Shown here: piece by piece, positions 27,547 through 38,400 of the stretch
Numbering within the stretch: position 1 is the stretch's first letter
How the letters are laid out: each line of letters opens with the position of its first letter
Assembly (NCBI GenBank): GCA_031551625.1
Contig: JAVBNJ010000030.1
Location: forward strand, 1,592-65,591
Source of the DNA: Bacteroidales bacterium
GTDB lineage: Bacteria > Bacteroidota > Bacteroidia > Bacteroidales > UBA932
Reading direction: 5' to 3'
Length of the DNA: 64,000 nt
Notes under the pieces: generated by a model
The model's input: the letters and a program-made list of their open reading frames with translations, nothing else
Told to the model about the DNA's origin: nothing
Database searches by the model: none
Position numbers and translations under genes: made by a program

Positions 27547-27573
27547 GTTCTTTTGGAAGCTAATAGTCGTAAA

Positions 27574-27634
27574 AAATAGTTAGAGTAGTTAAAGTAGATT
27601 GGCCTGCGCCATACTTTAACTACTCTAACTATTT
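27574..27634. terminator. 23-bp perfect hairpin between the convergent hydrolase and mdh genes (also a member of the TAGTTAGAGTAG repeat family)
   Basis: AAATAGTTAGAGTAGTTAAAGTA, a 15-nt loop, then TACTTTAACTACTCTAACTATTT. Confidence 0.6.
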
Positions 27635-27658
27635 CTCTATTGTAACTATGTCCGCTGC

Positions 27659-28600
27659 TTACACCAATTTCATTTCCACCAGTACATTATTCATACTGCG
27701 AACGGCATCGGCACTTTTATTAAACGCAGTTTGTTCGTCGGCATTTAGATGCGCATCAACAATGCGTTCCCAACCGTTTTTACCAATCACCACAGGCACG
27801 CCCAGACAAATGTCTTTTTGACCATACTCCCCATCAAGGGAAACGCAGCAAGGGAAACGTTTCTTCTGGTCGCGGATAATTGATTCTACCAACAACGAAG
27901 CGGCTCCGCCAGGTGCATACCAGGCCGAAGTACCCAACAACTTGGTCAACGTAGCGCCACCGACCATTGTATCGGCCACAATCTTGTCGGTTACTTCTTT
28001 CGGAAGAAGGCTGGTTACAGGAATACCATTATACGTAGCATAGCGGATTAACGGAATCATTGTGGTGTCGCCATGACCACCGATTACAATACCTTGTACG
28101 TCCGATGTAGGAGCGTCGATTGCCTGGCTCAGGTAATACTTGAACCTGCTGCTATCAAGGATTCCACCCATCCCAATAATACGGTTTTTAGGCAGTCCGC
28201 TAGCTTTCAATGCCAGATAGGTCATTGTATCCATCGGGTTACTGATAATTACGAATACTGCATTTGGCGAATATTTCAATGTGTTTTGAACAACTCCTTT
28301 TACAATTTCGGCATTGGTGCCAATCAGTTCTTCGCGCGTCATACCCGGTTTGCGTGGAATACCCGAAGTAATAACCACTACATCGGAATTGGCCGTAGCC
28401 GTATAATCATTCGTAACGCCCTTGATGCGCGTATCAAACTGGTATAAACTGGCGGTCTGCATCATATCCATCGCTTTACCTTCGGCAAAACCCTCTTTGA
28501 TATCAAGCAACACAATATCCGAGGCTATTTCGTTTTGCGCCATTACCCGGGCGCAAGTGGCGCCCACGTTTCCGGCACCTACAACAGTAATTTTTGACAT
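27659..28600 (-). CDS. mdh: malate dehydrogenase
   Basis: MSKITVVGAGNVGA Rossmann motif, ITSGIPRKPGMTREEL, and GGHGDTM with the catalytic His. Confidence 0.95.
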   Translation of the reverse strand: MSKITVVGAGNVGATCARVMAQNEIASDIVLLDIKEGFAEGKAMDMMQTASLYQFDTRIKGVTNDYTATANSDVVVITSGIPRKPGMTREELIGTNAEIVKGVVQNTLKYSPNAVFVIISNPMDTMTYLALKASGLPKNRIIGMGGILDSSRFKYYLSQAIDAPTSDVQGIVIGGHGDTTMIPLIRYATYNGIPVTSLLPKEVTDKIVADTMVGGATLTKLLGTSAWYAPGGAASLLVESIIRDQKKRFPCCVSLDGEYGQKDICLGVPVVIGKNGWERIVDAHLNADEQTAFNKSADAVRSMNNVLVEMKLV

Positions 28601-28640
28601 TATCTTATCTATTTTTAGTTATTAATTACAAATAATAATA

Positions 28641-28648
28641 CAAATGTA
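28641..28648 (-). promoter_or_regulatory. -7 promoter box for mdh
   Basis: TACATTTG on the minus strand, 41 nt upstream of ATG 28600. Confidence 0.4.
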
Positions 28649-28660
28649 AGAAATAACTTT

Positions 28661-28668
28661 TAACTTTG
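28661..28668 (+). promoter_or_regulatory. -7 promoter box for ybeY
   Basis: TAACTTTG, 23 nt upstream of ATG 28691. Confidence 0.4.
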
Positions 28669-28690
28669 CATTAATTATCATTTTTTTGTA

Positions 28691-29107
28691 ATGATTTCAT
28701 TTTTTACGCCAACCATAAAGTTCGATTTACAACATCGCCGAACACTGAAAAATTGGTTGAAAAGTGTCGCCGAGTCCGAGGGGAAGCGGGTAGGAGAGGT
28801 ATCGGTTATTTTCAACAGCGATGAAGAATTGCTTCAACTCAACCGCGAATTTCTACAACACGACTATTATACTGATGTTATTACATTCGACTATACGACC
28901 GAAGACCTCATTGGTGGCGATATTTTTATCAGCGTTGATACCGTGCGCGCTAATGCTACAGAATATAAGCAGGCATTTGATGACGAGTTGCACCGTGTAA
29001 TGGTACACGGTTTACTGCACTTGTGTGGTTACCCCGACAAAACACCCGCACAGCAAAAAGCCATGCGGGCAAGGGAGGATTTGTATTTGAGGAAACTGGC
29101 AATTTAA
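28691..29107 (+). CDS. ybeY: rRNA maturation RNase YbeY
   Basis: HGLLHLCGY zinc motif. 138 aa. The last ~70 nt are repeated at 30032-30102. Confidence 0.93.
   Translation: MISFFTPTIKFDLQHRRTLKNWLKSVAESEGKRVGEVSVIFNSDEELLQLNREFLQHDYYTDVITFDYTTEDLIGGDIFISVDTVRANATEYKQAFDDELHRVMVHGLLHLCGYPDKTPAQQKAMRAREDLYLRKLAI
29037..29107 (+). repeat. direct repeat copy A (functional ybeY 3-prime end) flanking the AbiEii module
   Basis: ACAAAACACCCGCACAGCAAAAAG...ATTTGTATTTGAGGA is shared with 30032-30102. Confidence 0.7.
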
Positions 29108-29123
29108 ACTGGTTTTATTTTTG

Positions 29124-29131
29124 TATATTTG
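29124..29131 (+). promoter_or_regulatory. -7 promoter box inside the inserted module, for the AbiEii pair
   Basis: TATATTTG, 20 nt upstream of ATG 29151. Confidence 0.4.
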
Positions 29132-29150
29132 CGGTGAATTTGATTGAACA

Positions 29151-29456
29151 ATGGAAACAACCGCCGATAAATTGCCCTTTTCTAAAAATCTGTTTTGGGA
29201 CGTAAACCCGAAAGAGGTGGGTATGGAGTTTTATTCGAGCTATATAGTAGAGCGCGTTTTAGACTATGGTCGTTGGAGTGATTGGCTGTTAATACGTAGT
29301 TATTACGGGTTGGATAAGCTAAAAAACATAGCGCTACAAATACGCTGTTTACGACCAAAATCGCTATCTTTTATAGCTACTGTTACACACACACCTGAAA
29401 ACAAATTCCGATGTTACAACGAAATACAGTCGAAGAGTCCACATTGGGTCTCTTAA
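29151..29456 (+). CDS. small protein partner of the AbiEii-like nucleotidyltransferase (antitoxin-like, DUF6922-like)
   Basis: 101 aa. It overlaps the downstream nucleotidyltransferase gene by 46 nt. LFWDVNPKEV...ERVLDYGRWSDW resembles the family usually found upstream of AbiEii genes (from memory). Confidence 0.5.
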   Translation: METTADKLPFSKNLFWDVNPKEVGMEFYSSYIVERVLDYGRWSDWLLIRSYYGLDKLKNIALQIRCLRPKSLSFIATVTHTPENKFRCYNEIQSKSPHWVS

Positions 29457-30022
29457 AAGAAATTCAAAAAATATCCTTATTTAAAGACACTCGTTTAGTA
29501 GGTGGCACCGCTCTTGCCCTACAGTTAGGACATCGATTCTCTATTGATTTAGATTTTTTTGGAACATTCAACGCATCCGGAAAAGAAATTTTTGAAGCAT
29601 TACAAAACGAAGACCTTACAATTTCTCATGATTACGAGAGTCGAAATATAAATCAGTTTACAGTAAATGATGTAAAAGTAGACACTGTAAATTATCGATA
29701 TAATTGGCTGGAACCGGCCATTGTTGACGAAGGAATAATAATGGCAAGCAAAAAAGATATCGCAGCTATGAAACTGGCGGCTATAACAGGACGGGGAACG
29801 AGAAAAGATTTTGTGGATTTGTATTTTTTACTGCAGCATTTTTCCTTGCAGCAAATGCTGGATTTATATATGCAAAAATATCCGGATGGAACAGAATTCA
29901 ATGTGCTACGAAGCTTGACCTACTTTGTAGATGCCGAAAAAATACCCATGCCTACTATGTTTATTAAAACAGAGTGGAATACCGTGAAATCGACCATTCG
30001 GGAAGCTGTAGCTAATCTTTAA
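29411..30022 (+). CDS. nucleotidyltransferase, AbiEii/AbiGii toxin family (type IV TA / abortive-infection type)
   Basis: LVGGTALALQLGHRFSIDLDFF is the characteristic AbiEii N-terminal motif, followed by KLAAITGRGTRKDFVDLYFL. Confidence 0.8.
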   Translation: MLQRNTVEESTLGLLKEIQKISLFKDTRLVGGTALALQLGHRFSIDLDFFGTFNASGKEIFEALQNEDLTISHDYESRNINQFTVNDVKVDTVNYRYNWLEPAIVDEGIIMASKKDIAAMKLAAITGRGTRKDFVDLYFLLQHFSLQQMLDLYMQKYPDGTEFNVLRSLTYFVDAEKIPMPTMFIKTEWNTVKSTIREAVANL

Positions 30023-30031
30023 TTCCGTATA

Positions 30032-30102
30032 ACAAAACACCCGCACAGCAAAAAGTTGTGAGAGCAAGAGAGGATTTGTATTTGAGGAGGCTGGGGTTAT
30101 AA
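30032..30102 (+). pseudogene. displaced relic copy of the ybeY 3-prime end
   Basis: It translates KTPAQQKVVRAREDLYLRRLGL-stop, against KTPAQQKAMRAREDLYLRKLAI-stop at the end of ybeY (29037-29107). A strong terminator follows. Confidence 0.65.
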
Positions 30103-30117
30103 ATACATTCAACAAAC

Positions 30118-30148
30118 AAAAACCGGCGGCATGCATGCCGCCGGTTTT
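30118..30148. terminator. bidirectional terminator after the relic ybeY end, at the end of the giant operon
   Basis: AAAAACCGGCGGC-ATGCAT-GCCGCCGGTTTT. GC-rich 8-bp stem flanked by an A-run and a T-run. Confidence 0.75.
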
Positions 30149-30176
30149 ACCCTGAATTCGCTTATATAACCAATGA

Positions 30177-31553
30177 TTATTGTTGTGTTGATGATGCTAT
30201 TTTTTTCATCACCGTTTTGTTGCGTATGGTAAATGTGGCTTGGAATTTATTATCTTCATCCAGTGCTACTACGCGGTAGGTGCCACCGGGCGACGGCGTG
30301 TCGTCGGAAGCAAAGGTGATGGTAATGTCGCCATTCTCGTTACGCTCAATAGCAGCCGGAGGCGCGCTGGTCAATTGATTGCTGCCAATTAGCGCAGCGA
30401 AGAGGGTTTTGGCATATTGTGTATTCCACGAATTGATAAATTGCGCGGGGATGTGCAATTTGCCTGTGTTGATAGCAACTATTTCAACAGTTGCGCCCAA
30501 CTTGGCAATTTTAACGCCCGATGTCATCAATGCTAATCCGTTAATAAATATTACACTTTCATCTTCACCTTGCTCTGTTCCCAGCGTAATGGTTACCTCG
30601 TAATTTTTTACACCTGTTGTAGAGTTGACAGGGTTGAGTTCTTCGGTAACCTCCCATGTACCTACCAAGTCGGAAACCTTCATAAACATTTCGCATGATA
30701 CAATGGATACAATCTTTGTCGAGCTAGGCACACCAGCGCCCGATGCATTAACACCCGCAACGGTGTAGGAGCCGGTTTCGGTTACTACATAGCTTGCACT
30801 TGTTGCACCTCCGATAGCTTCCCCATTTTTATACCATTGATACGACACCGCATTGGCAACAGGCTGTATAGAGAGTTCCACATTCTTGAGAGGACACATA
30901 TTCTCCGATGTACCTGCTATTTCGCCTGCTGCAACGGGTAACGGACATTGTGTAATGGTAATTCGTTTCTCTATACCGGGAGTTCCCACGCCCATTAAGT
31001 TAACGCCTGCTATGGTATATGCTCCGCTCTCGGTAGCTTCATATACAGGTTCGTTAGTTACAGCAACGGTCGTACCATTTCTGTACCATTGGTACGATGT
31101 AGCCCCTGTAATGGTTGCAGCAGTCAACTCAACCGATATCGATACAGGGCAAACATTAGTGCTTGCTCCACTGATAGCGCCTGCTTCGGCGGGCAATGTC
31201 ATGGCTCTGCCTGATTGTGTAACCGTTATTTCGTGCTTCAGCCCGCCGGTAGCCGTGACGCTTATCGTCCCCGTGCGTTGCGAGGTCGATGTGTTTTCAA
31301 GCGCTGATACGGTAATTATGGTAGCGCCCGCACCACGGGCAGGATTGATCGACAGCCATTCGGTATTGGTTGATTTTACTACAGCCCACTCCACCGGAGT
31401 GTTTACCGTAAAATTTACCGCCGATCCGTTGGCAGGCAGCGTTAGTTGTGCAGGGTCAACCGACAGGCTTACCGCACTCTCGTTATCGCCACTACAGGCA
31501 ACCAGCAACGCCACCAAGCATATCGACATGATATATATTAGATGTTTTTTCAT
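30177..31553 (-). CDS. BACON-domain lipoprotein with two Ig-like repeats
   Basis: Lipobox LLVACSG. BACON-like LSVDPAQLTLPANGSAVNFTVNTPVEWAV...WLSINP...TITV. Two repeats contain YQWY(R/K)NG. Last gene of the giant operon. Confidence 0.7.
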   Translation of the reverse strand: MKKHLIYIMSICLVALLVACSGDNESAVSLSVDPAQLTLPANGSAVNFTVNTPVEWAVVKSTNTEWLSINPARGAGATIITVSALENTSTSQRTGTISVTATGGLKHEITVTQSGRAMTLPAEAGAISGASTNVCPVSISVELTAATITGATSYQWYRNGTTVAVTNEPVYEATESGAYTIAGVNLMGVGTPGIEKRITITQCPLPVAAGEIAGTSENMCPLKNVELSIQPVANAVSYQWYKNGEAIGGATSASYVVTETGSYTVAGVNASGAGVPSSTKIVSIVSCEMFMKVSDLVGTWEVTEELNPVNSTTGVKNYEVTITLGTEQGEDESVIFINGLALMTSGVKIAKLGATVEIVAINTGKLHIPAQFINSWNTQYAKTLFAALIGSNQLTSAPPAAIERNENGDITITFASDDTPSPGGTYRVVALDEDNKFQATFTIRNKTVMKKIASSTQQ

Positions 31554-31598
31554 ATTGTGATTATTATATTTTTTATACTTCTTTTACTTCTAAATCCC

Positions 31599-32459
31599 TT
31601 AATTGGCACCCAACATACTTCCTTTGCCAAAGCTCAGGCGGAGCTTAACACCCACTGCCAGCAAATTCAACTTATCGCTTGATGCAGCAAGGCTTCCGTA
31701 ACCAAAACCATCGGGGTATGATGTAGCCTGATTATTGTACATAACCAGCGCAGAACTCTCGCCTTTATTAATGTTGTTCAAGCCATAGTCGAAATACACT
31801 CCGGCGTACAAGTTCAATGTTTCATTCAATTTAAACTTGAAACCTGCTTCAGCCGACAGCATAAACGCCACATTCAAATCAAGGTCAGACTTCTGGTCTA
31901 CGTCATAAATGCCAAAGCCCTTACCCGGCAAATCATTTGCTCCTATGGGAACAGCCCACGACGGTATATAACCCGTAGTGTTGAGGTTACCCGTTGTTTT
32001 TACCGTTCCGCTTAACGGGATGCCGGCTTTAACGCCCAACGCGCCAAAAAATGCTGTTTTGCCTTGTGTTTGGAACTGTGCCATCAGGGGAATGGTAAGC
32101 ATCATTGCCGATACCTTTTCTTTATAATCGGTGTATGAATACATAAAATCGAATGCACTACCTGACCCCAACACTGCATTGCTTGTGCCGCTGATGTTGT
32201 TGGTAGTAGCCTTGCTGTTGTACATGGCAATGTTGACACCTGTACCCACCGCCCATTGCGGCGCAAAGAAGTAGTGATAACCTACGCCAAATTCGCCACC
32301 GTAGCCGGGGGTATGGCTTACCGAGTTGTAGGAGTATTGCAGCGAAGAAAGCCCGCCTCCACCGTTTACCGAAAACTCGTGACGGTGCTGTTGCGCCATT
32401 GCCGTACCGCACACACATAGTACAAATACCAGTGATATTATTTTATTTTTCATAATCAT
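31599..32459 (-). CDS. outer-membrane beta-barrel protein (porin-like OMP_b-brl family), paralog A
   Basis: Signal peptide ending AMAQQ. It shares HEF..N..GGLS.LQYS, IPLMAQ and Y.G.YFDYGLNNI with 38596-39483. It starts 24 nt downstream of the giant gene. Confidence 0.7.
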   Translation of the reverse strand: MIMKNKIISLVFVLCVCGTAMAQQHRHEFSVNGGGGLSSLQYSYNSVSHTPGYGGEFGVGYHYFFAPQWAVGTGVNIAMYNSKATTNNISGTSNAVLGSGSAFDFMYSYTDYKEKVSAMMLTIPLMAQFQTQGKTAFFGALGVKAGIPLSGTVKTTGNLNTTGYIPSWAVPIGANDLPGKGFGIYDVDQKSDLDLNVAFMLSAEAGFKFKLNETLNLYAGVYFDYGLNNINKGESSALVMYNNQATSYPDGFGYGSLAASSDKLNLLAVGVKLRLSFGKGSMLGAN

Positions 32460-32483
32460 TAATTTTTCTTTTTCAGATAAACA

Positions 32484-35400
32484 TTATTTAACCACCAGTT
32501 TTGTGGAATAGTTTACACCGTTAGGGCCTACCAGTTGCAACACATACACGCCTTGCTGCAGGCCGCTTGCATCAACCGAATTTTCTGCACCATATACCGG
32601 TATATTGCCTTTTACTAATATGCCATTCACATTGTATATGTTGATAACAGAGCCTTCGGAAGCACCATTCATCTTAACGATAAATTTAGTACTTGATTCA
32701 ACAGGGTTAGGATACACTGTTAAAGCAGTGCTACCGGCCGTGTGGCTGAATGGGCAAACGCTAACCGGTTTGTTATCGCTCGTCAACATCTCGCAGTGGT
32801 ATGTGGCGTTAGCTTCGGCTTGAATAAAGGGTTTGGTTGCGCCCAGTATAGCCACTCCGTTTTTATACCATTGGAACGATACAAACGTAAATCCACCATT
32901 GGTTGCGGGGTTGCAGTTAATCATGGGAATATCATCCCATTCGAAAACCATTATTTTATTAGTGCTACTATTCATCGGAATACCTACGCGCAATGTAGCC
33001 ACATCGCTATAGGTACGTTCCGACCGTCCACTAATTACCACGCGGTAGTTGCCGGCATCGGCAAGCGTTGCATTGTTTATTGTTAAATTCTGTGTGTTTG
33101 CACCACTGATATTTTGCCAGCTTGTACCGTTTTGTTTTTGCCATTGGTATGTAACTTCAAGCCCACTTGCTGCGATGTTGAAAGAATGATTTTCGCCACT
33201 ACATACGCTAGCACTCACGGGTTGTTGCGATATAGTGTTGGGCTCCGCTTTTACGGTTAATGTACCATCAACTATTGTAAACGCATAACGGTCGGGCGAT
33301 GTATTGTTCACTACCGGACGGATTGCGTACATGCCAGCTACCGATGTTTCATCAACATCTGTTGTGTAGCTTACCATTGCTGCAATATCGCTTTCCGTAT
33401 CGCCATCCAAATACATGCCGCTAATACCTCCGGTAAACGTCGGGTTCGGTGTATTTTCAGTCCTTTCAGCATTATGGGCAGTTACTGTCATCACCGCTTT
33501 GGCAAACAAACATGTTGCCGGCGACAGTTCCGATTCCATTTCTGCATCGCCGTTGTAGGTGGCGGATATGGTATAGCAATGGTCTCCCGTAAAGGCTGTT
33601 TTATCTTTGAAAGAATGCTCTGTCATAGATTCTATCAAAACACGCCCGCCGCGGTAAAGTTTGTAGGTAGTGGGTTTTACTGCTTCGGTTTCCAATACCA
33701 CCGCCAAGTTCCAGTTAACGCTTATTTGAGATATTGACGATAACGGTGTAAAATCATCGCCTCTAAGCGCAATCAAATCGCCCTTGCCTTCCATAGCAGG
33801 GCCTGCATCGCAACCTGCCACAAACACATTGTCCGATGCGCCACCCGCAGCTTGTATGTAGGAGTAGCTTACCATAAGTTCTTTAGTCACATCCAACGTA
33901 AGCGGATTAGTAAAGATAATACGGTTAAACTGTCCGGCCGTTAGACCTTCCATCGGTTGTGTATAAACAATTTGGCCATTCTGGCGAATGTTCACTTTCA
34001 TAGATTGACCCAACACTTTCGGGAAAAACTCAATCCCCTTAATTTTCGCACCTTGGTAGGACAGCAAGTCACTCATATCAAATAATACGGCTATCTCCAT
34101 TTCGGCAGGCGTACTGGCAGTAACACCAATAGCCGTATAATTTGTACCGTTATCCCAACGCAATAAAGTTGTAGCAGCATCGTCTTGTTTTGATATCTCT
34201 GCTGCACTTGCTCTAGCCGGTGTCGCACTTGTTGTGCTTGTCGAGATCAGTTTATACTTATCGGCCGATAACTTTTGATACGGTGTCAACACTACGTTTT
34301 GTATTGATTTCTCATCCATTTGTTTTTGTTCGGCATCAGGCATGTTGGTATTGCTTGATTCTGCGGCAGATTTCGTAGGATTGATTCCTTTGCTCCAGCT
34401 TACGTTGATGTCTTTCTCATTATCATCGTATACGGCTTGGAAATTGCTGGGGTAGGAGCCGCCCTGTTTTACCAAAACGGTCAACGGATTGCCGCTTGCA
34501 TAAACCGTAATTGCACCGTTGCGCACGGCATCTGTAGTGTTATTGGTGCAAGTAAACGTAAATGTACCCTTGCCTTCGGCGTCAACCGTGCCGTTTTGAG
34601 CACTTGGTATAATCCACGGATCAGTTTCCACTCTCCACGATTTACCGCTGGCGGTAAATGTGACCTCGCCCGTTGTTGCATCAACATCTTTTCTTTTGAA
34701 AGATGTAGCCGATGTAAGTTCGGCGGTAGTGTACGTAAATTCCGGTACAATATTCATTGACAAATAGAATCCTGAAAGCAGTGCAGGTATTGCCATCCAT
34801 GTGTTTTGGTAGTATACATATACTGTACCGTACCCATTACTGCGCGCCTCGGTTGTAGAAACGGCATACGCTCCGCTGGTCGACGATTTGGCAAGTACCA
34901 CATGGAATGCGCCCGAAACGCCCGCCGGTTGCGGGAAGGTAACGGTTGTATAGCCCGAATTATTCAGGTTGGTAACTGTACTCGAAGCAAGCAGCGTACC
35001 CGGCATGCCATTTTTGTCGCTGTAAATACCCACCAACATAACTGGCGTGCCCGACGTTACCAGGGTGTGTACTTTTACACTAGAAATTTCGCCGGTGGCC
35101 GGAGCTACGAAACGCTCAGAAATAAACGCAAAGTAACCTGTACCGGGTGCTATTATATATTCGCTTCCGTCGCTGTAATATTGCGTGGGGTCTTCACCTT
35201 GTTGCACGTTCCACACCTCGGCAGTACCGCCCACTTTAATATAGTCGGGAATGGTAAGCTCACTTGTTCCGGCAGTATTTGTGGCTTTAAATGTTACCGG
35301 ATAGGTGTTTTTTCCTTCGGGATATCTCACTTCAAACAACCGGCTGGTTGAGGTAGCAGGATCTGCCCCCGGCAACTCCCATTCAAACGATTTGGGATAG

Positions 35401-38400
35401 TTTCTTGTTGTATCCTGATAAATGACCCGGCCTCCTGTAAGCGGCAGAAATTGCCCATAGTTTGATTTCATCGTAAACCCATTTGAGTACGACAGGAATG
35501 TGGGGATGGGTTTTTGAGCTTTTACGGTTACAACGCCATCAAAGGTTTTGGTGTTTTCTCCAAAGTTATTGGCTACTTTTAGCGTAGCGCTGTAAACCCC
35601 GTTGTTCATATATTTTGCCGTAGGATTTACTTCGGTAGTTGTTTCGTTGTTGCTGCCGGGCAATGTCCAACTCCATGACACGGGAGGCCCCGACGATAAA
35701 TCGGTAAAGCTTACGGTTTCTCCTTCGTTGATTTCAATTTTGCCGCTGGGGTTGGGCGTAAACACGCGCACACCGTCAATCCCAATGTGGAAACCGCCAT
35801 TACCCTTTACCTGCCAGGCAAATTTCAATGTTTTTCCGTTGTAACTACTCAAGTCAATAGTTTGCTTGCGCCATTGGTAGCCCATAGTCGTGTTCGCGTT
35901 TCCGGCAGTCCAAACTTGATCCCACGTAACGCCGTCATCCGAAGAGATGTAAAGCATGATGGTCATATTTGCCAATAATGTGCCTGAGTACTCCGTGTAA
36001 AACTCCATTTTTGTCGTAGCATCGGTAATGCTTACAGCAGGCGACTTCAGCCAAGTGTCAACCATATTTGAACCGGATTCGGCAACTACCAAAGCCGAGA
36101 AAACGCTTGTAGGGTCTATTGTGCTAAAGAAATAGTTCTGCACATTGTTCTGCACCCATTGCGAGTTGCTTGTTCCGGGCTTTTCAATCACCCAACCTGC
36201 AGGTGGAAAAGCTTTTCTTACATCAAATCCTTCTTTTAATAAGTTACGCTCTGTAAGAGCTGTAAATTCAGCCACCGGAGCATCGGCGGCACCACACGAT
36301 TTCTCAAATTTGATTTTTACATTCGGGCGATTGTCGTTTACCGTACCACTCACCATAGGCAGCGCTTGTCCATTGCCCACCCATTGCATGTGGGCATTAG
36401 TAGTTGTTGTGTAGTAACACTTAGAAGAAGTACTGATAACTGTGCCCGTGGCACGCACCATAATCTTCAAATTCTTTGTACCACTATAGTTAAAAGGCAT
36501 AGTAAGCTTAATTGTTGTCCATCCGGCATCGTTAATCCAGTATGCCGAACTTTGATACACCAGTGTGGCGCCCGCTATTTCATTGAGCCATGTGTTACCT
36601 TCGGCAGCAAACGTAGCATTGTCAACCTCTTTTATATACACATACAGCGTGCGGGCATAAGCCGTTGCCAAGCCAGCGTTCCACGCAATTTCGGTAATTG
36701 ATCCGGGCGTTGAACCCAATTCCCCAGGCGTATAAATTGAAGAGCTGAGCGTGTGCAAATCCGTTGCACCGAAGGGGAAGGGGCTTTCGCCCGTACCTGT
36801 TCCAATATTCAGTATATCGGTACATGTTTTTTGTTTTTGTAGCACTGTTATGGTTTCCGATACTGACGATTCTTTTTCTGTTCCTTTATTAATAACAAGT
36901 TTAGCTTCGTAAGTACCCGGCGTATTGTAGGCAATAACAGGTGGGATTTTTCCACTGAATGATGATGGCGAACCGCCCGCAAATAGCCAATCCCAAGTGG
37001 TTGCAGCAGTCGATACATCCTTAAAGGTTACCGACTCCGAAGCATATATTTCCGATTTACTAACCATGAAAACTGCCACAGGGTCTATACCGGCGCTATA
37101 TGTACCATCAATATATTCTAATCCTGTCCCTCTCGGGTCAAGATAATCTTTCATCTTTTGGGCACTTTGGTCCCAATGATACCAAAGCTTTCCGTATAAA
37201 TTTTGGTAGGTAGGGTTATTACATGACGACGAGCCACCCGTAAGCGTACCCACCACCCGCTTGTTTTGGTCGAACAACGGAGAACCCGACGAACCTTGCT
37301 CGGTAATACCATGTCCGTTTTGCGTGGCTGCAAAAAATATTTGCCAGTGCGCATTAGTTGCACCAATCTCGCCGGATGACATGACTGCAGTAGTAGTGTT
37401 GGCCGGTACTACGTATGTTGATATTTTTTTGATGTCGCCCGTCGGGTGGTGAATACCCACGCCACTTTCGGCCGCAATATTGCGCCTGTCCCATCCATTA
37501 AAATACACATTATAACTCTCAGGGATAGGTTCGTTCAAGCGGAGCAACGCACCATCGGCCCCACCGTTTAACGGAACGTCAACCAACATCGTTGCACCTA
37601 CAATGGTGGGTGCGTCGGGGTCGTAGCCCGACGCGCTTTTACAACCCGGCGCCTCATAATGGAAGTAATAAATAGTTTGATTGTGATACCTTTCAGGCAA
37701 ATCCATGTAACAGTGGTGAGCACTGAGGAATAACGGGTCGAGGTTTTGTGCCGTATTATTTATAAGCGTACCGCTGCAAAGGGCAAAACCTTGTTCAGTC
37801 CTTGTAAGAATACGGGCTACCCCTTTCTTTTGGTCTTGCCAATTATCACCTTCGGGACAATTCACATTCACCTCGCAGGCACCCGAAGGCCAGTTGATTT
37901 TAAAATCACTCCCTCTCAACTCCATGTGGTTGTATCCATAGCCAATGCCCGAAATCACAATGCGAGGCTTATCGGCAGTGCTGCCATCAACCGTTATTTG
38001 TTGCTTCCTGATTTGCGTAGAACCCGCAATAGGCGTGTCTTTCAGTCCATCGGAAAGCGGTTCGGCATATTCCAAAATTACCTCATCGCCCCCTATTAAC
38101 TCGGTAGCATACTCGGCGCGCTTGGGGTTGTTCTTCGACGTGTAGGCCCCCAGAACCTTCGAGTGGCTGGGGTTATAGATAAACAATTTTCCACCCGCAG
38201 GGATAACAAATTCATCATACGTAAGCAATATACCCAGTGCATTAGGTGCTTTGACTGATAAGCGCCAGATGCGTTGTCCGGAGGGTAAAGTAGTCCACTC
38301 TCCGGAATTTTCCATGGTCATGTGCACAGGAATAATTTGGGCAATGCGCAACGGGTATCCCATTGCTTCCAGCTTTGCATCTTCTGCTTTCAATGCAGCT

